The translations under genes and the position numbers were made by a program. The notes below the pieces were generated by a model. It made no database searches. It worked only from the letters and a program-made list of their open reading frames with translations, and had not been told where the DNA came from. DNA of 64,000 nt. It comes from Eukaryota sp. TZLM1-RC. Its lineage: Eukaryota; Protista; Metamonada: BaSk clade. Numbering within the stretch: position 1 is the stretch's first letter; every line of letters begins with the position of its first letter. Shown piece after piece: positions 1 through 9,799 of the stretch. The stretch covers positions 62,001 through 126,000 of the forward strand of contig JAUPSS010000005.1 of NCBI GenBank assembly GCA_040285825.1. Reading direction: 5' to 3'.

Positions 1-1008
1 ATCAGGAAAAATATCTATAGATTTAAGAATTTGAAAAGAAAGATTTGGATTGGGATAAAAATCAATGCCTTCAAGATGCTGAACACTCAATCTATTACTC
101 CAGTTGGGGTCAGCCTTTGGTTGCTCTCCAAGTCTTAGACGCCTTCGTTTGGCAGGTGGAGAACTTGACGCAGAGAAGGACTGCATTATAAATTCACCAA
201 ACTTGCCAATAGAGACTTGTTCATGGGCAGCACTTCTGAACGCCTTTTCTCTCAAAGTCCTGAGATGAGTAAAGAATGGCTGTAGCCGTCGCAGATCCCT
301 TTCATCTACTACTTCAGCTACTGGTGAATTGAGTGAGATTTGGTTATTTGAAAGGTAAAGATGTATTTGGTGTAGAAAGATAGGTTTATCCGGCTGAACG
401 ATAATCACCACAGCTGAACAGAACGTGGAAACAACGATACTGTATAGGAGTTCAAAGAACTCAGTATCAAGTCCTCGCTGTTTAAAGGGTTCAGGATTGA
501 ATGGGGGTATAAGTGATAGATAACCAGGTGGTCTATTTGAATCGATCCTTTGCGGAGGGGGTAAGTTATCCAAAAACTCCATTATCTTACTTGGAAATAA
601 ACCACTAATGGTTGGAGGTAGACTGTCTGTACTCTTGGGTATGGAGTGCTTCTCCAATAGATGTAACTGTTGATAGTTTTTAGTATTTTCAAGATTAGAA
701 AATATATAAGCGTCACTCTTCCTGAATCGAGGAGATAACAGGGTCAGTGCTACCACATGTTGTGGAGATTTGACAAGTGGCTTGCTTTTTTGGACTAGAC
801 GATCAAGAGCCTTGTCCTTGAAGTATTGGCCAGCAAGGGACCACCTTTGATTTCGCGATTTGGAATCAATGGTGACACCAGAGGAAAGTAAAGTTGGTTC
901 TTCAAAGAACGCAGTATTAGACTGCGAACCATGTATTGATGGTGTACTATGAAGAGGGGGAGGCTGTAAAGGTTTTGTTAGGGATATTGATGCAGCATAA
1001 GGATACAT
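1..1008 (-). CDS. Hypothetical protein, runs off the window start (3' end not in window)
   Basis: Manual translation from ATG at 1008 (MYPYAASISLTKPLQPPP...) stays open for 336 codons to position 1. It is absent from the ORF track because there is no stop in the window. Confidence 0.7.
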   Translation of the reverse strand, partial: MYPYAASISLTKPLQPPPLHSTPSIHGSQSNTAFFEEPTLLSSGVTIDSKSRNQRWSLAGQYFKDKALDRLVQKSKPLVKSPQHVVALTLLSPRFRKSDAYIFSNLENTKNYQQLHLLEKHSIPKSTDSLPPTISGLFPSKIMEFLDNLPPPQRIDSNRPPGYLSLIPPFNPEPFKQRGLDTEFFELLYSIVVSTFCSAVVIIVQPDKPIFLHQIHLYLSNNQISLNSPVAEVVDERDLRRLQPFFTHLRTLREKAFRSAAHEQVSIGKFGEFIMQSFSASSSPPAKRRRLRLGEQPKADPNWSNRLSVQHLEGIDFYPNPNLSFQILKSIDIFPD

Positions 1009-1076
1009 ACAAGAAATAGCAGAAAAATGATTAATTTTTCAAAATACCAAAAAATACACGAAACAATCTAAAAAAA

Positions 1077-2666
1077 TCATATTGAAAACTCAACTTCCTC
1101 TAATGCCAAATTTAACATTTGTACTGCCAAAAAACTCTTTGGTACCAGGGTTAAATACTTTTGGTATTTAACTATAGCATCAGACAAACTTCCTTCATGA
1201 TGTAGAGAGACAGCAAGCACAAGCAAGGCAGACTCGTCCATGGAGAAAAGTTCCAAACACTGTTGTGCATAGAATTTTGCATTGGAATAATCAGAAAGAC
1301 GAAGACACACGAGCGCCAAATTCGAAAGTGTTGAACATTTCAAATCAAAAACTAAATTTCCAGACCCAAAAAAAGAATTCAAAAGACAATTTTTACCATT
1401 AGCAAATGATAACAAGAACAAATCACTGGGCAACATCTTTAACACCCTAATGAACACCTCTTTTGCTTCTTCAACCCTACCTTCCCCGACCATGAGAACC
1501 CCTTCCTCATGCAGAACACGAGGGTCGTTGGAATTGATAGCATTACAAAGGGAAATGAACCTTCTGGCCAACGAAAGACTGCTGTTTCTTAAATAAATAC
1601 TAGAAAGAGACAAAAAAGGGACAATGCAACCAATGTACTTCGTTGCACATAGTCTATATTGTAAAATTGCTGAATCTGTCTGCTGATTAAACAAAAGCAA
1701 ATGTCCCAATAGTAGATCACACATGTATTGGAAATTGATTGAGGTTGATTGATTGATTATTGACTGAATGGTCGAGACATAATCATCATCAGTATTGATT
1801 TTTGAATTAAAGAACACCAGCAAAACATCAATCAAATCACAAACTTCCTTGAACTTCTTTTCTCTAGAAACTGTACTTTGAATCTCCAACAATGTAGATG
1901 CATCACCCGCAAGAAAGGAACAAATGATCAGAGGAACAAACAAGTCTAGATCAAGAGGAAGTTTCGTAAAGGCGTTCCTGACACATCTGATTCCTGCAAT
2001 CGGGTAGCCGTTCGAAAGATGACCATTGACTAAAGAAGAGACGATAGAAACATTGGTGGCAAGTTCAGGGTTAGAGGAAAGCATTGTATCAATATTGTGC
2101 GAGATTTGACCAAATGTAAGGGGTTTCCTCAAGGAAGAGAGAGCTGAGAAAGGAAGGAAGGATTGGACGGCATCTGAGTGTTGTGACAGGACCTTGGAAA
2201 GCTGAGTAGGGGAGAGAAGACGCGAGTGGACAAGGAGATCGATTGCTTCCAGACAGAGGGGGTCGGAAGCTATGCATTTACAGAAAACAGGGGAAGCTTG
2301 TTCCGGGGAGTCCGATAGAAGATAAGATTTCGCTAAAAAAAGTAGCAGTGATGAACTTGATTCATAAACTTCGGGGCAAAGAGATGTGATAGTGGCAATA
2401 ACATCCTTGTATTTACTGAGCTTAAAAAGTGCACTTATGTAATATATTAAGAGTTCAGGAACTGTATGATAGTTGTTGGATTTCATGAACTCAACTATTC
2501 GTGTATGCTGTCCTAACTGGTTATAAACAGTGAGAAGAGGTAAACAGGACATAGGATCATCATCATTCAACGAATAATAATATTGTGCAAGGGGTGCAGC
2601 TGATTCCAGTGATCCTATCGATATTAAAGAATTGACCTTAGATCGGAGGTCCATTTCAAAGTGCAT
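1077..2666 (-). CDS. CDC16: Anaphase-promoting complex TPR subunit, Cdc16/APC6-like
   Basis: 529-aa helical TPR protein. DPLCLEAIDLLV, DPRVLHEEGVL and TLSNLALVCLRL match the Cdc16 C-terminal TPR pattern. Confidence 0.7.
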   Translation of the reverse strand: MHFEMDLRSKVNSLISIGSLESAAPLAQYYYSLNDDDPMSCLPLLTVYNQLGQHTRIVEFMKSNNYHTVPELLIYYISALFKLSKYKDVIATITSLCPEVYESSSSLLLFLAKSYLLSDSPEQASPVFCKCIASDPLCLEAIDLLVHSRLLSPTQLSKVLSQHSDAVQSFLPFSALSSLRKPLTFGQISHNIDTMLSSNPELATNVSIVSSLVNGHLSNGYPIAGIRCVRNAFTKLPLDLDLFVPLIICSFLAGDASTLLEIQSTVSREKKFKEVCDLIDVLLVFFNSKINTDDDYVSTIQSIINQSTSINFQYMCDLLLGHLLLFNQQTDSAILQYRLCATKYIGCIVPFLSLSSIYLRNSSLSLARRFISLCNAINSNDPRVLHEEGVLMVGEGRVEEAKEVFIRVLKMLPSDLFLLSFANGKNCLLNSFFGSGNLVFDLKCSTLSNLALVCLRLSDYSNAKFYAQQCLELFSMDESALLVLAVSLHHEGSLSDAIVKYQKYLTLVPKSFLAVQMLNLALEEVEFSI

Positions 2667-3269
2667 ATTATGTCCAGTTCATCAATGACCTACAACTATA
2701 GATGTTCAGATGTAGTGGTGACTGAAATGGGCAAATCCAAATTCAATTTGACAAGCAATTTAACAAGTAATTCAAGTATGATTCAAACTTATTCTGAGAA
2801 CTTTCGTTCTTGGTGAGATCCTTGAGAGAAAACTCAAAACCACATCTCATTATTGATATCAACAACGTGTTTCTCTGTGTTCATTTAAAACAATAATCTA
2901 CGCAATATTATTTCCTAAATATAAGGCTAGGAATTTGTGTAACTTCTTGGCAGAAATGGTTCATTTAATGTTACGAATTGAATGTTGTCATTTTTAAGCC
3001 ATCAGCGTTTAAGTTTGCTGATTGTTAAAAGCAGATACTTTTATTTTTTATTATGCACATTTATTCTACTAAATTTTATGAAATAATCCTCCATAGCGAT
3101 GTTCCTCATAATGTGAGTAAATATTATTTTTCTTCATTCTGTTGTTACAACCCACACGCCATTGTTTACGAACGGCAATAAAAAAAGAATAAGAATATTG
3201 TGTTTACGGTAGATCGATATTTCCGATTTTCCATTCAATTAATTTCAATCATATTTAGTAGCCATTATG

Positions 3270-3725
3270 TGAATTCATCTTATCAATCGCACAAGATCTG
3301 AGGCGAAGATGATTCAGAGATTCAAATCAGTAATTGGTGATCCCAGCCACATAGTAATCAGAATCGGAAAATGGGAACAACGAAAACACATGAAATTCAA
3401 AGAACCTACCAAAGGAAATGAAGTGAGAATTTTATTTAAAAAGGCTGGTTATAAGGTCTTTTTGATTGATGAGTTTCAAACCAGTTTCTGTTGTTTCAAC
3501 TGTAAGAAAGCGGAGAAAACAGTTGAAAGATCACGATAATGCAGAAATCCTGGGCCACAAAAGAGACATAAGATCTCTATTCGTCACAGGCTTACCATGT
3601 GTAAATCATGCAAAAGTTTGTGGAATAGAGATCGAAAAGCTTCGCTGAATATATTTGTAGTGATGGAAGCACATGTAAAAGAAGGAGATAGACCGGTATA
3701 ATTTACAGAGAGCCAAGGTTGATGA
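3270..3725 (+). mobile_element. Fanzor (TnpB-like) C-terminal fragment, degraded
   Basis: IGKWEQRKHMKFKEPTKG...GYKVFLIDEFQTSFCCFNC (RuvC-II Glu plus Zn finger). After an in-frame stop: CKSCKSLWNRDRKASLNI (RuvC-III). Confidence 0.85.
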
Positions 3726-3834
3726 AGGTTCAAAGAAAATGGTATCAAAGAGCAAAACCTCTTCTCAAAAACTCAAATTTCACGCTGTTCATAGACTCTT
3801 GGAACTATTCCTGTTTTATCATTTTTAAATAATT

Positions 3835-5255
3835 TTCCAGGTGTTGAAGTTAAAAGTTATTTAGATGATACATATATTCTTTGTCAGGAAGCAGTAAACA
3901 CTGAGTTGCTACTAAACGAATTAGAATTAATTTTCAAGCAAAATGGTTTGAAATTAAATTTGACAAAAACCGAAGTGATCTCAGTTGAAGATGATTTCAT
4001 GTGTTTGGGATCTTACAATTATATCAACTGAGTTTGAATCCTCTTTTAAAATTCGAAAAGTTCAAAATGAATTGATTCCAGGTTTATTTTTACTACAATC
4101 ATCACACTACAAAATCAATTTTTAATATTGAGACATTGTATTAATTCAATTTTGATGTACTGGGCCCGAACAGTTCCCTATGAATCCACCAGAATGGGTT
4201 TTCATCTTTGGGTTTCAGAATTTGTTGCTTATTTCAACTTAATAGGATTGGAAGAATCAAATAATTTTGATTTCATATATTTGCCTCATTCTTTGGGTGG
4301 ATTAGGGTCTCTCCATATGGGTCAAGTTGCACATATTTGCTATTCAGTTTATGTATACTTGGCTGTACGTGATCTTGATTTAACGCATTTAATTGCAAGT
4401 GATCAGTATAGGGTTTTACTATCAGCTTTATCACCTTCTTTTGCTGGTTTTGACTCAATCTGGGACAAACGAATTAAAATTTGCCAACGTCAAATCACTC
4501 ATTTGTGTTATAAGGAAGAATTGAATCTTTTGAAAGAAAAACTATCAGAATGTGAACGACTACAATTTATTTCAAATTGTGACAGTCAATCATCTTGTTT
4601 TTTGAAAGTTTTGCCTATTTCTCATAATTTCACGTTCTCAGATGATTGCTTTAAATACCTAAATCGGAGATTGCTTCAAGGAGAACAATTTGTGATATGT
4701 CCTTTCTGTGGTTATGGAAAACTAGGCTTAGATCACTCGTTTCAATGTAGAAAGGGCTCGAGAATGGTTACACAAAGACATAATAATAATTCTGAATAAT
4801 TCCATTGATGAATTAAATAATTTTGAATCTGAGAAGGAATTTAAATTTGGTTTAAATAAGTTTTTGCATGTTGATGGCTTTCAAACGTCAACAAAAAATC
4901 CTTTTGATGTAACCGTAGTTGGAGGTTATGGTAATAATTGGAGTGATGCTTTTTCGAAAGCTTATTCTGATAAGATCTCAAGTTATTCAATTAAAAAAGA
5001 ATTAAATTTAATTAACCAAATGGTACCTTTGGTTTTTTATTGTTCAGAGGGGAAGGGGTTTCACACTAAGACTAAAGTAATTTTTGCCCATTTTGGAATG
5101 AGTGAGGAGGCAGATGAAATTAGTTGCATCAATTTGAAGAATAGCTTTACTTGTCATAATGCTTGTAATTATATTCTTCAAAAAAGAAGAGAAGAACGTC
5201 AGTGTTGGTAGGTAGTTTTCAAATAGTTTCTCCCTAATTTTTAATAAAAGTAAAT
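3835..5255 (+). mobile_element. 5'-truncated, degraded non-LTR retrotransposon (RT + CCHC + restriction-like endonuclease)
   Basis: YLDD at about 3858 followed by GLKLNLTKT; LPHSLGGLG; CPFC..H..C zinc knuckle; DG...FDVTVV..K endonuclease motif; AATAAA at about 5243; several stops and frameshifts. Confidence 0.8.
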
Positions 5256-5271
5256 CTCGAAAGAAAACTCG

Positions 5272-5327
5272 GTCCCTCTACATCGTTGTAAAAAGGACAC
5301 GTATTTCATTGTTATAGACATCATCTG
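5272..5327 (+). promoter_or_regulatory. Conserved start-codon-proximal hairpin element, copy A
   Basis: GTCCCTCTACATCGTTGTAAAAAGGACACGTATTTCATTGTTATAGACATCATCTG ends 2-5 nt before ATG. Related copies occur at 5 other genes. Confidence 0.6.
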
Positions 5328-5329
5328 TA

Positions 5330-6106
5330 ATGATGACAAATCTAATATATCTCTTAATATGTTATTGGCTTTTTTGTATAGGAAGTTATGTACTGAAGAT
5401 CCGTGGGCTTCCTTTGTTTAACAGACTAGGGAATCTTGGTAAGCTCCAAACAACACACCAAAAGTTGGACTGGGGTCTTTGGTTCACACATAGAGTGTCT
5501 TTTGTAGTGTTTTATGGCATTGGTAGCATTGTCATTCCTTCTATTATGATCATCTCATGCTTTCGACCTACTTCTCTTTCAAATTCACTGGGCTGTTTGC
5601 TTTATACTCTACATTGTCTCCGCCGTCTGTTGGAGTCATTATTTGTACATAGGTATGGATCCCACAGAATCGGTTTTTTGAACTTCTTTGCAGGAATCTC
5701 TTACTATTTTGCTGCACCTCTTAGTGTTTTTGTTTCTTCTCAGTTCGAACCAGTATACTTTATGCCTTTTAACATTACCGTTGTTTTGACTATTTTTTTC
5801 ATTTTCATCTCATTTATTCAATTTTCCTGCCATTTATGTCTCTCTAGGCTGAAGAAGTACACCCTTCCAAGTATGTTGTGGTTTCGTTCTTTAGTTTGTC
5901 CTCATTATTCTGCTGAAATAACCATTTATTTTCTTATAATATTTTATTTTTCTGAAAGTTTAAACTCCCTAGCTTTACCTTTACTAGTTTTTGTTTTTGT
6001 TTTCATAAACCGAATATGGGAAACCAAACTCTCAAAACAATGGATGATTTTAAAGTTTCCTGAGTTTAAAACAGTAATCGAAAAAAGAAGGATATTTTTT
6101 TGGTGA
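5330..6106 (+). CDS. SRD5A3: Polyprenol reductase / 3-oxo-5-alpha-steroid 4-dehydrogenase (SRD5A3/DFG10 family)
   Basis: Multi-TM protein with HCLRRLLESLFVH, QFSCHLCL and LVCPHYSAEITIY motifs. Confidence 0.85.
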   Translation: MMTNLIYLLICYWLFCIGSYVLKIRGLPLFNRLGNLGKLQTTHQKLDWGLWFTHRVSFVVFYGIGSIVIPSIMIISCFRPTSLSNSLGCLLYTLHCLRRLLESLFVHRYGSHRIGFLNFFAGISYYFAAPLSVFVSSQFEPVYFMPFNITVVLTIFFIFISFIQFSCHLCLSRLKKYTLPSMLWFRSLVCPHYSAEITIYFLIIFYFSESLNSLALPLLVFVFVFINRIWETKLSKQWMILKFPEFKTVIEKRRIFFW

Positions 6107-6203
6107 TTTTCAGATTTCATTTACACTGTAAATTATATCCATGTTTAGTAAACTTCTATATACAAAATATATGCAAAAGTATTCAAATTATATATAAATA
6201 CAT

Positions 6204-6575
6204 CTATTCCATCACGACCTCTCCTTGTGTCTCCATTTCAGTATCAACTTCTTCAGTGGCCAATGCATGATGTTTTTGATGAAATCGCCAGCTTTGGAAT
6301 TGGGTGGATCGCAAATAGTTGAGAAAGTTTGGGTTTTTACAAGAAGATCGAAATTGATCATTCTGCAGTAGGTCAAGAACAACCAGAGCATGTGGGTACA
6401 TAATGAACTTGGAATATGGCTGCAACTTCCAGTACTGAAGATAATTGAGGTAATTGACAAATCGATGATCATCAAGATATTTGTTGTTTACAAGATGCTG
6501 TAAGTAATCAATACTGCCGAGTGCAGTGACGAACTCAAGTTCAGCTTGAAACCGAAAGTCGTTGCTCTCTTGCAT
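6204..6575 (-). CDS. MED31: Mediator subunit 31 (SOH1); start taken at the first ATG (the ORF track extends to a GTG at 6650)
   Basis: RFQAELEFV..L...YLQHL....YL.D.RFVNYLNYLQYWK...YSKFIMYPHAL is the SOH1 signature. Confidence 0.92.
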   Translation of the reverse strand: MQESNDFRFQAELEFVTALGSIDYLQHLVNNKYLDDHRFVNYLNYLQYWKLQPYSKFIMYPHALVVLDLLQNDQFRSSCKNPNFLNYLRSTQFQSWRFHQKHHALATEEVDTEMETQGEVVME

Positions 6576-6949
6576 TAGAGTTGACCAAGTCTTCCAATGA
6601 TGTTTGATTGTGATATGCAGTGGTTCAGTGTTTGATGGATTATCAGACACTGTTATTTGAAAGAAACAATGCTAGTAAAACAAAATGATTTCTTGTATTT
6701 GTTCTGTTTTACTTAATTATGATCTCAAATTATTGGATTAATTTACATATAAAACACGCTACTTAAAGCACTATAATGACACTATTTTTCCTAGCAACAG
6801 TAATCAAATTTTGATTATCTAAAGTTGTAGAGGTTGACAAATGTCACACTCTGACTCTTTGTTTTGTAGAACAAACCAAAAAATTGAAATTTACAATCTC
6901 AAGGAAACTAAAATATCTTACAGCACAATAAACACATTAAAAAATGACA

Positions 6950-7777
6950 TCATATTCTTCTCTTACCAAAAAATTTCAGTTTGACTCGTTTCCATAAACC
7001 ACTTCTGTAAACCACAACAGCACCATCACAATCCAGACCCGACACAGTTCCGACACAATCAAATTCTGACTCATCCACTTGCTGATCAGCGCTATTTAAA
7101 AGTACTTTGGTCTTGGGTAGGTCGGGGAATATGTCGGCGGTTTCCTTACCAAGTTTTTTCATTTTCAACATATGATAAGTGACTCCAAAATAGAATAGAT
7201 TCAAAAACAAAGGGATAAAGACCATCACAAACAACAACTCTATTCTAGGGTATTTCTCAAGAGGAAGCATTATCCATTCTGTAAAAGCAGTGAGAACAGG
7301 AATCCAAAGAGATATACCAAATGCAAGAATCAACTTTGTCACAACGACTATAGATAACCAAGCAATCATTTGTGGAATCCAGTATGAAAGGTCAGGAACA
7401 TTAGGATTAGCTCCATAGTAGCCAGACTTTAACTTGATGTAACCCATTTTAGTAACAAAGATTACTTGGAAGGCCCGGTGAAACAAAAAGTTGAGAAAGG
7501 TACCAAAGAAGGTATCTGCTGACGACACCACAACATAAAAACCACATGACGTGTCCCCTGTTTCACCAAAAAACAAAGCAATGAATATGTTTAGGAAATG
7601 CTGCAAAAAAGAAGAAAAGACAGATTTTGATACGTCAAAGAACCAAACACGCCACGGACGAAGAGGTCGTTCTCTAAATCTAAGGTAGAGTAGATATGAA
7701 AGTGCGAGGGCACCCATCAGTGACTGTACAAGGACACTGAAGATACCGACAAGGTCACATTGAGGTGTGTCATCCAT
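6950..7777 (-). CDS. STIMATE/TMEM110 (YPL162C-like) membrane protein
   Basis: CDL.G.FS..VQ.LMG...L..L...R.RERP.RPWRVWFFDVSK and SGYYG motifs; several TM helices. Confidence 0.85.
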   Translation of the reverse strand: MDDTPQCDLVGIFSVLVQSLMGALALSYLLYLRFRERPLRPWRVWFFDVSKSVFSSFLQHFLNIFIALFFGETGDTSCGFYVVVSSADTFFGTFLNFLFHRAFQVIFVTKMGYIKLKSGYYGANPNVPDLSYWIPQMIAWLSIVVVTKLILAFGISLWIPVLTAFTEWIMLPLEKYPRIELLFVMVFIPLFLNLFYFGVTYHMLKMKKLGKETADIFPDLPKTKVLLNSADQQVDESEFDCVGTVSGLDCDGAVVVYRSGLWKRVKLKFFGKRRI

Positions 7778-7804
7778 CGCTAGCTGAAATAATTATAGCA
7801 CTTA

Positions 7805-7860
7805 TAGATATTGTCTATAACAATGACACAAGAGTCCTTTTTACACTGATGTAGAGGGAG
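7805..7860 (-). promoter_or_regulatory. Conserved start-codon-proximal hairpin element, copy B
   Basis: Minus strand reads CTCCCTCTACATCAGTGTAAAAAGGACTCTTGTGTCATTGTTATAGACAATATCTA, 27 nt upstream of the ATG at 7777. Confidence 0.6.
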
Positions 7861-7995
7861 CTAGTTTTTGAGAAATGGAAGATTTCCCCTTGATACCCTT
7901 CTCCTTGAACCTTCATCAACCTTGGCTCTTTGTAGGTATACTGGTCTATCTCCACCATTTAATTCATTTTGTTTGTCTACATATCATAACCTACA

Positions 7996-8463
7996 ATGGT
8001 TCTTAGAGGTCCTTCTTTTTCTGGTGAACAACAGTCCTGTCACTCGCGCTCTTATTGGGATGTGCGTTTGGAAAAATTGGAAAAACAAAAGGAAGAGGCC
8101 ACCTCCGATTTGTTCAAAGACTGTTCGTTTTACTTCAATGGAAGAACTGGATGCAGTGTAGGTTCACATCACCTGACCAAGATTTGTCAAAGGAATGGAG
8201 GAACTGTCACTCCTCACTTTTCATGTAAACGAGTCTCTCATGTTATTTGCACAAATCTTAGTTCTTCCAAAACAACTGATGCCCTTACTCGCAATGCGCC
8301 AGGTCGAATGAAGAAGATTCACTACATTACAGGACAGTGGATACTAGATTCGATTCAGTTGGGACGTCTAGTTTCTGAACAACCATATTGCGTTTTACCA
8401 AAAAGGAAGAACACTATTAAAGATTTTTTCAAATCAGGAAATAAACAATCAAAAGCGGATTGA
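7996..8463 (+). CDS. Small BRCT-domain protein resembling the REV1 N-terminal BRCT
   Basis: YW..RLEKLEKQ...LFKDCSFYFNG.T, NGG, VSHVICTNL and QWILDSIQLG.L..E.PY. Confidence 0.75.
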   Translation: MVLRGPSFSGEQQSCHSRSYWDVRLEKLEKQKEEATSDLFKDCSFYFNGRTGCSVGSHHLTKICQRNGGTVTPHFSCKRVSHVICTNLSSSKTTDALTRNAPGRMKKIHYITGQWILDSIQLGRLVSEQPYCVLPKRKNTIKDFFKSGNKQSKAD

Positions 8464-8776
8464 TTCAACAGAGCCAGGGATAAATAAAGATGGTCAAGTT
8501 AATAGAGTCGGAAGCTGTCAATCACTAGTTTTGACGTATTATTTTATGCAAGCAACGTGGAAATTTGTCCCTAAAGAAAAAGTTTGCTCAAATATCCTCC
8601 AGACTTTGTTTGTTGTACCATTGATTGTTTTTGCAATATAAATCTGTTTCTATCTACTTTAACCAGTATTCATTACTTTATTGTGATTAGAAAAATTAGT
8701 TTTTTAGAAAATTTAATAAATTGTGCTGCATTGAATCATTAAACATTATATTTTAATTCATTCTAAATTGAATTAA

Positions 8777-9733
8777 TTAAGTCATTCTCGCGCTGATTGC
8801 TTCATTCTCAGCCATCAACATCATCTCTTTCATTCTATTCATCTCTTTTTCCATAATGGTTCGCTGGTCACCCTGCCTCAACCAATCTTCTTCCTTGTCA
8901 AACTCAGCGATTTCTTGCATTTTTTTAATTCTGCTAGTTAAAAAATCAATTCGTCGACCCTCTAAAATTAGTTTTTGGTTTAACTTGAAAATCATTTGCT
9001 TTAGGCTTTCTCTTTTTCCCTTTTCTCTTTCTAATTTGGTTCGGTAAGTATCCAATTTTGAATAGTAACCCATTTCAACTGCGGATTGAACACTGGATAA
9101 ACATGACTCCAACACCATTTGAGTTTGATGTTTGATTTCCAGATCGTTAAGTTTTGATTGATTGCTTGATTGAATTTGATTGAGTTCTGATAGAAGATTT
9201 GTATTTTCAGTTTTAACTTTTGCTATTGCACTATGATATTGTTCTACGTTATCAACAGATTGATCCACAATTTCCGATAAAGAATTGATTCGTTGACCAA
9301 ATTTAGAAAGAGAATTCACTATTGACATTGGAACTGATTGGTTAAATGAACCTTTGAACACACTGCGAAGGTCTTCTTGCTGCATAAAGGACCCTTCTAG
9401 TTCACATTGTAACGAGAAAACAGATTCTGAAAGAGTTTCGTAATCATCAACTAATATATTGTAGGCTGTTGTCTGTTGTTTAAGATCGACAACAAGCCTA
9501 TCATAGTCTTGTTGTATAGCCTCCGATTGAGCAGTAATATCGTCGATGTAAGACTGTGCTTGTTCAAGTTGCTCTGTGAGATGATTTGTGAGGGCTACTT
9601 TAGATTCGTATGCTTCATAAAGACGTTGGCCATTTTCACGGACATGAGAGGTTTCAAGTTCTAGTTGTTGCAGTTGTAATCTAGATGATTCAAGTTGCTG
9701 CTTGAGAGACAAGCACTCAGGACATGAGTCCAT
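8777..9733 (-). CDS. Coiled-coil hypothetical protein
   Basis: 318-aa intact ORF, E/Q/L heptad-rich. Confidence 0.7.
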   Translation of the reverse strand: MDSCPECLSLKQQLESSRLQLQQLELETSHVRENGQRLYEAYESKVALTNHLTEQLEQAQSYIDDITAQSEAIQQDYDRLVVDLKQQTTAYNILVDDYETLSESVFSLQCELEGSFMQQEDLRSVFKGSFNQSVPMSIVNSLSKFGQRINSLSEIVDQSVDNVEQYHSAIAKVKTENTNLLSELNQIQSSNQSKLNDLEIKHQTQMVLESCLSSVQSAVEMGYYSKLDTYRTKLEREKGKRESLKQMIFKLNQKLILEGRRIDFLTSRIKKMQEIAEFDKEEDWLRQGDQRTIMEKEMNRMKEMMLMAENEAISARMT

Positions 9734-9799
9734 TCTTTAGGGTATAGGAAATTCCCATAAATACACGATCAAATTTCGTGTGGAGCAATTACAAAAACT

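Noticed and set aside
6650-6712. Possible GT-AG intron upstream of MED31
   Set aside because: The ATG at 6575 already yields a complete Med31, and no upstream exon is evident.
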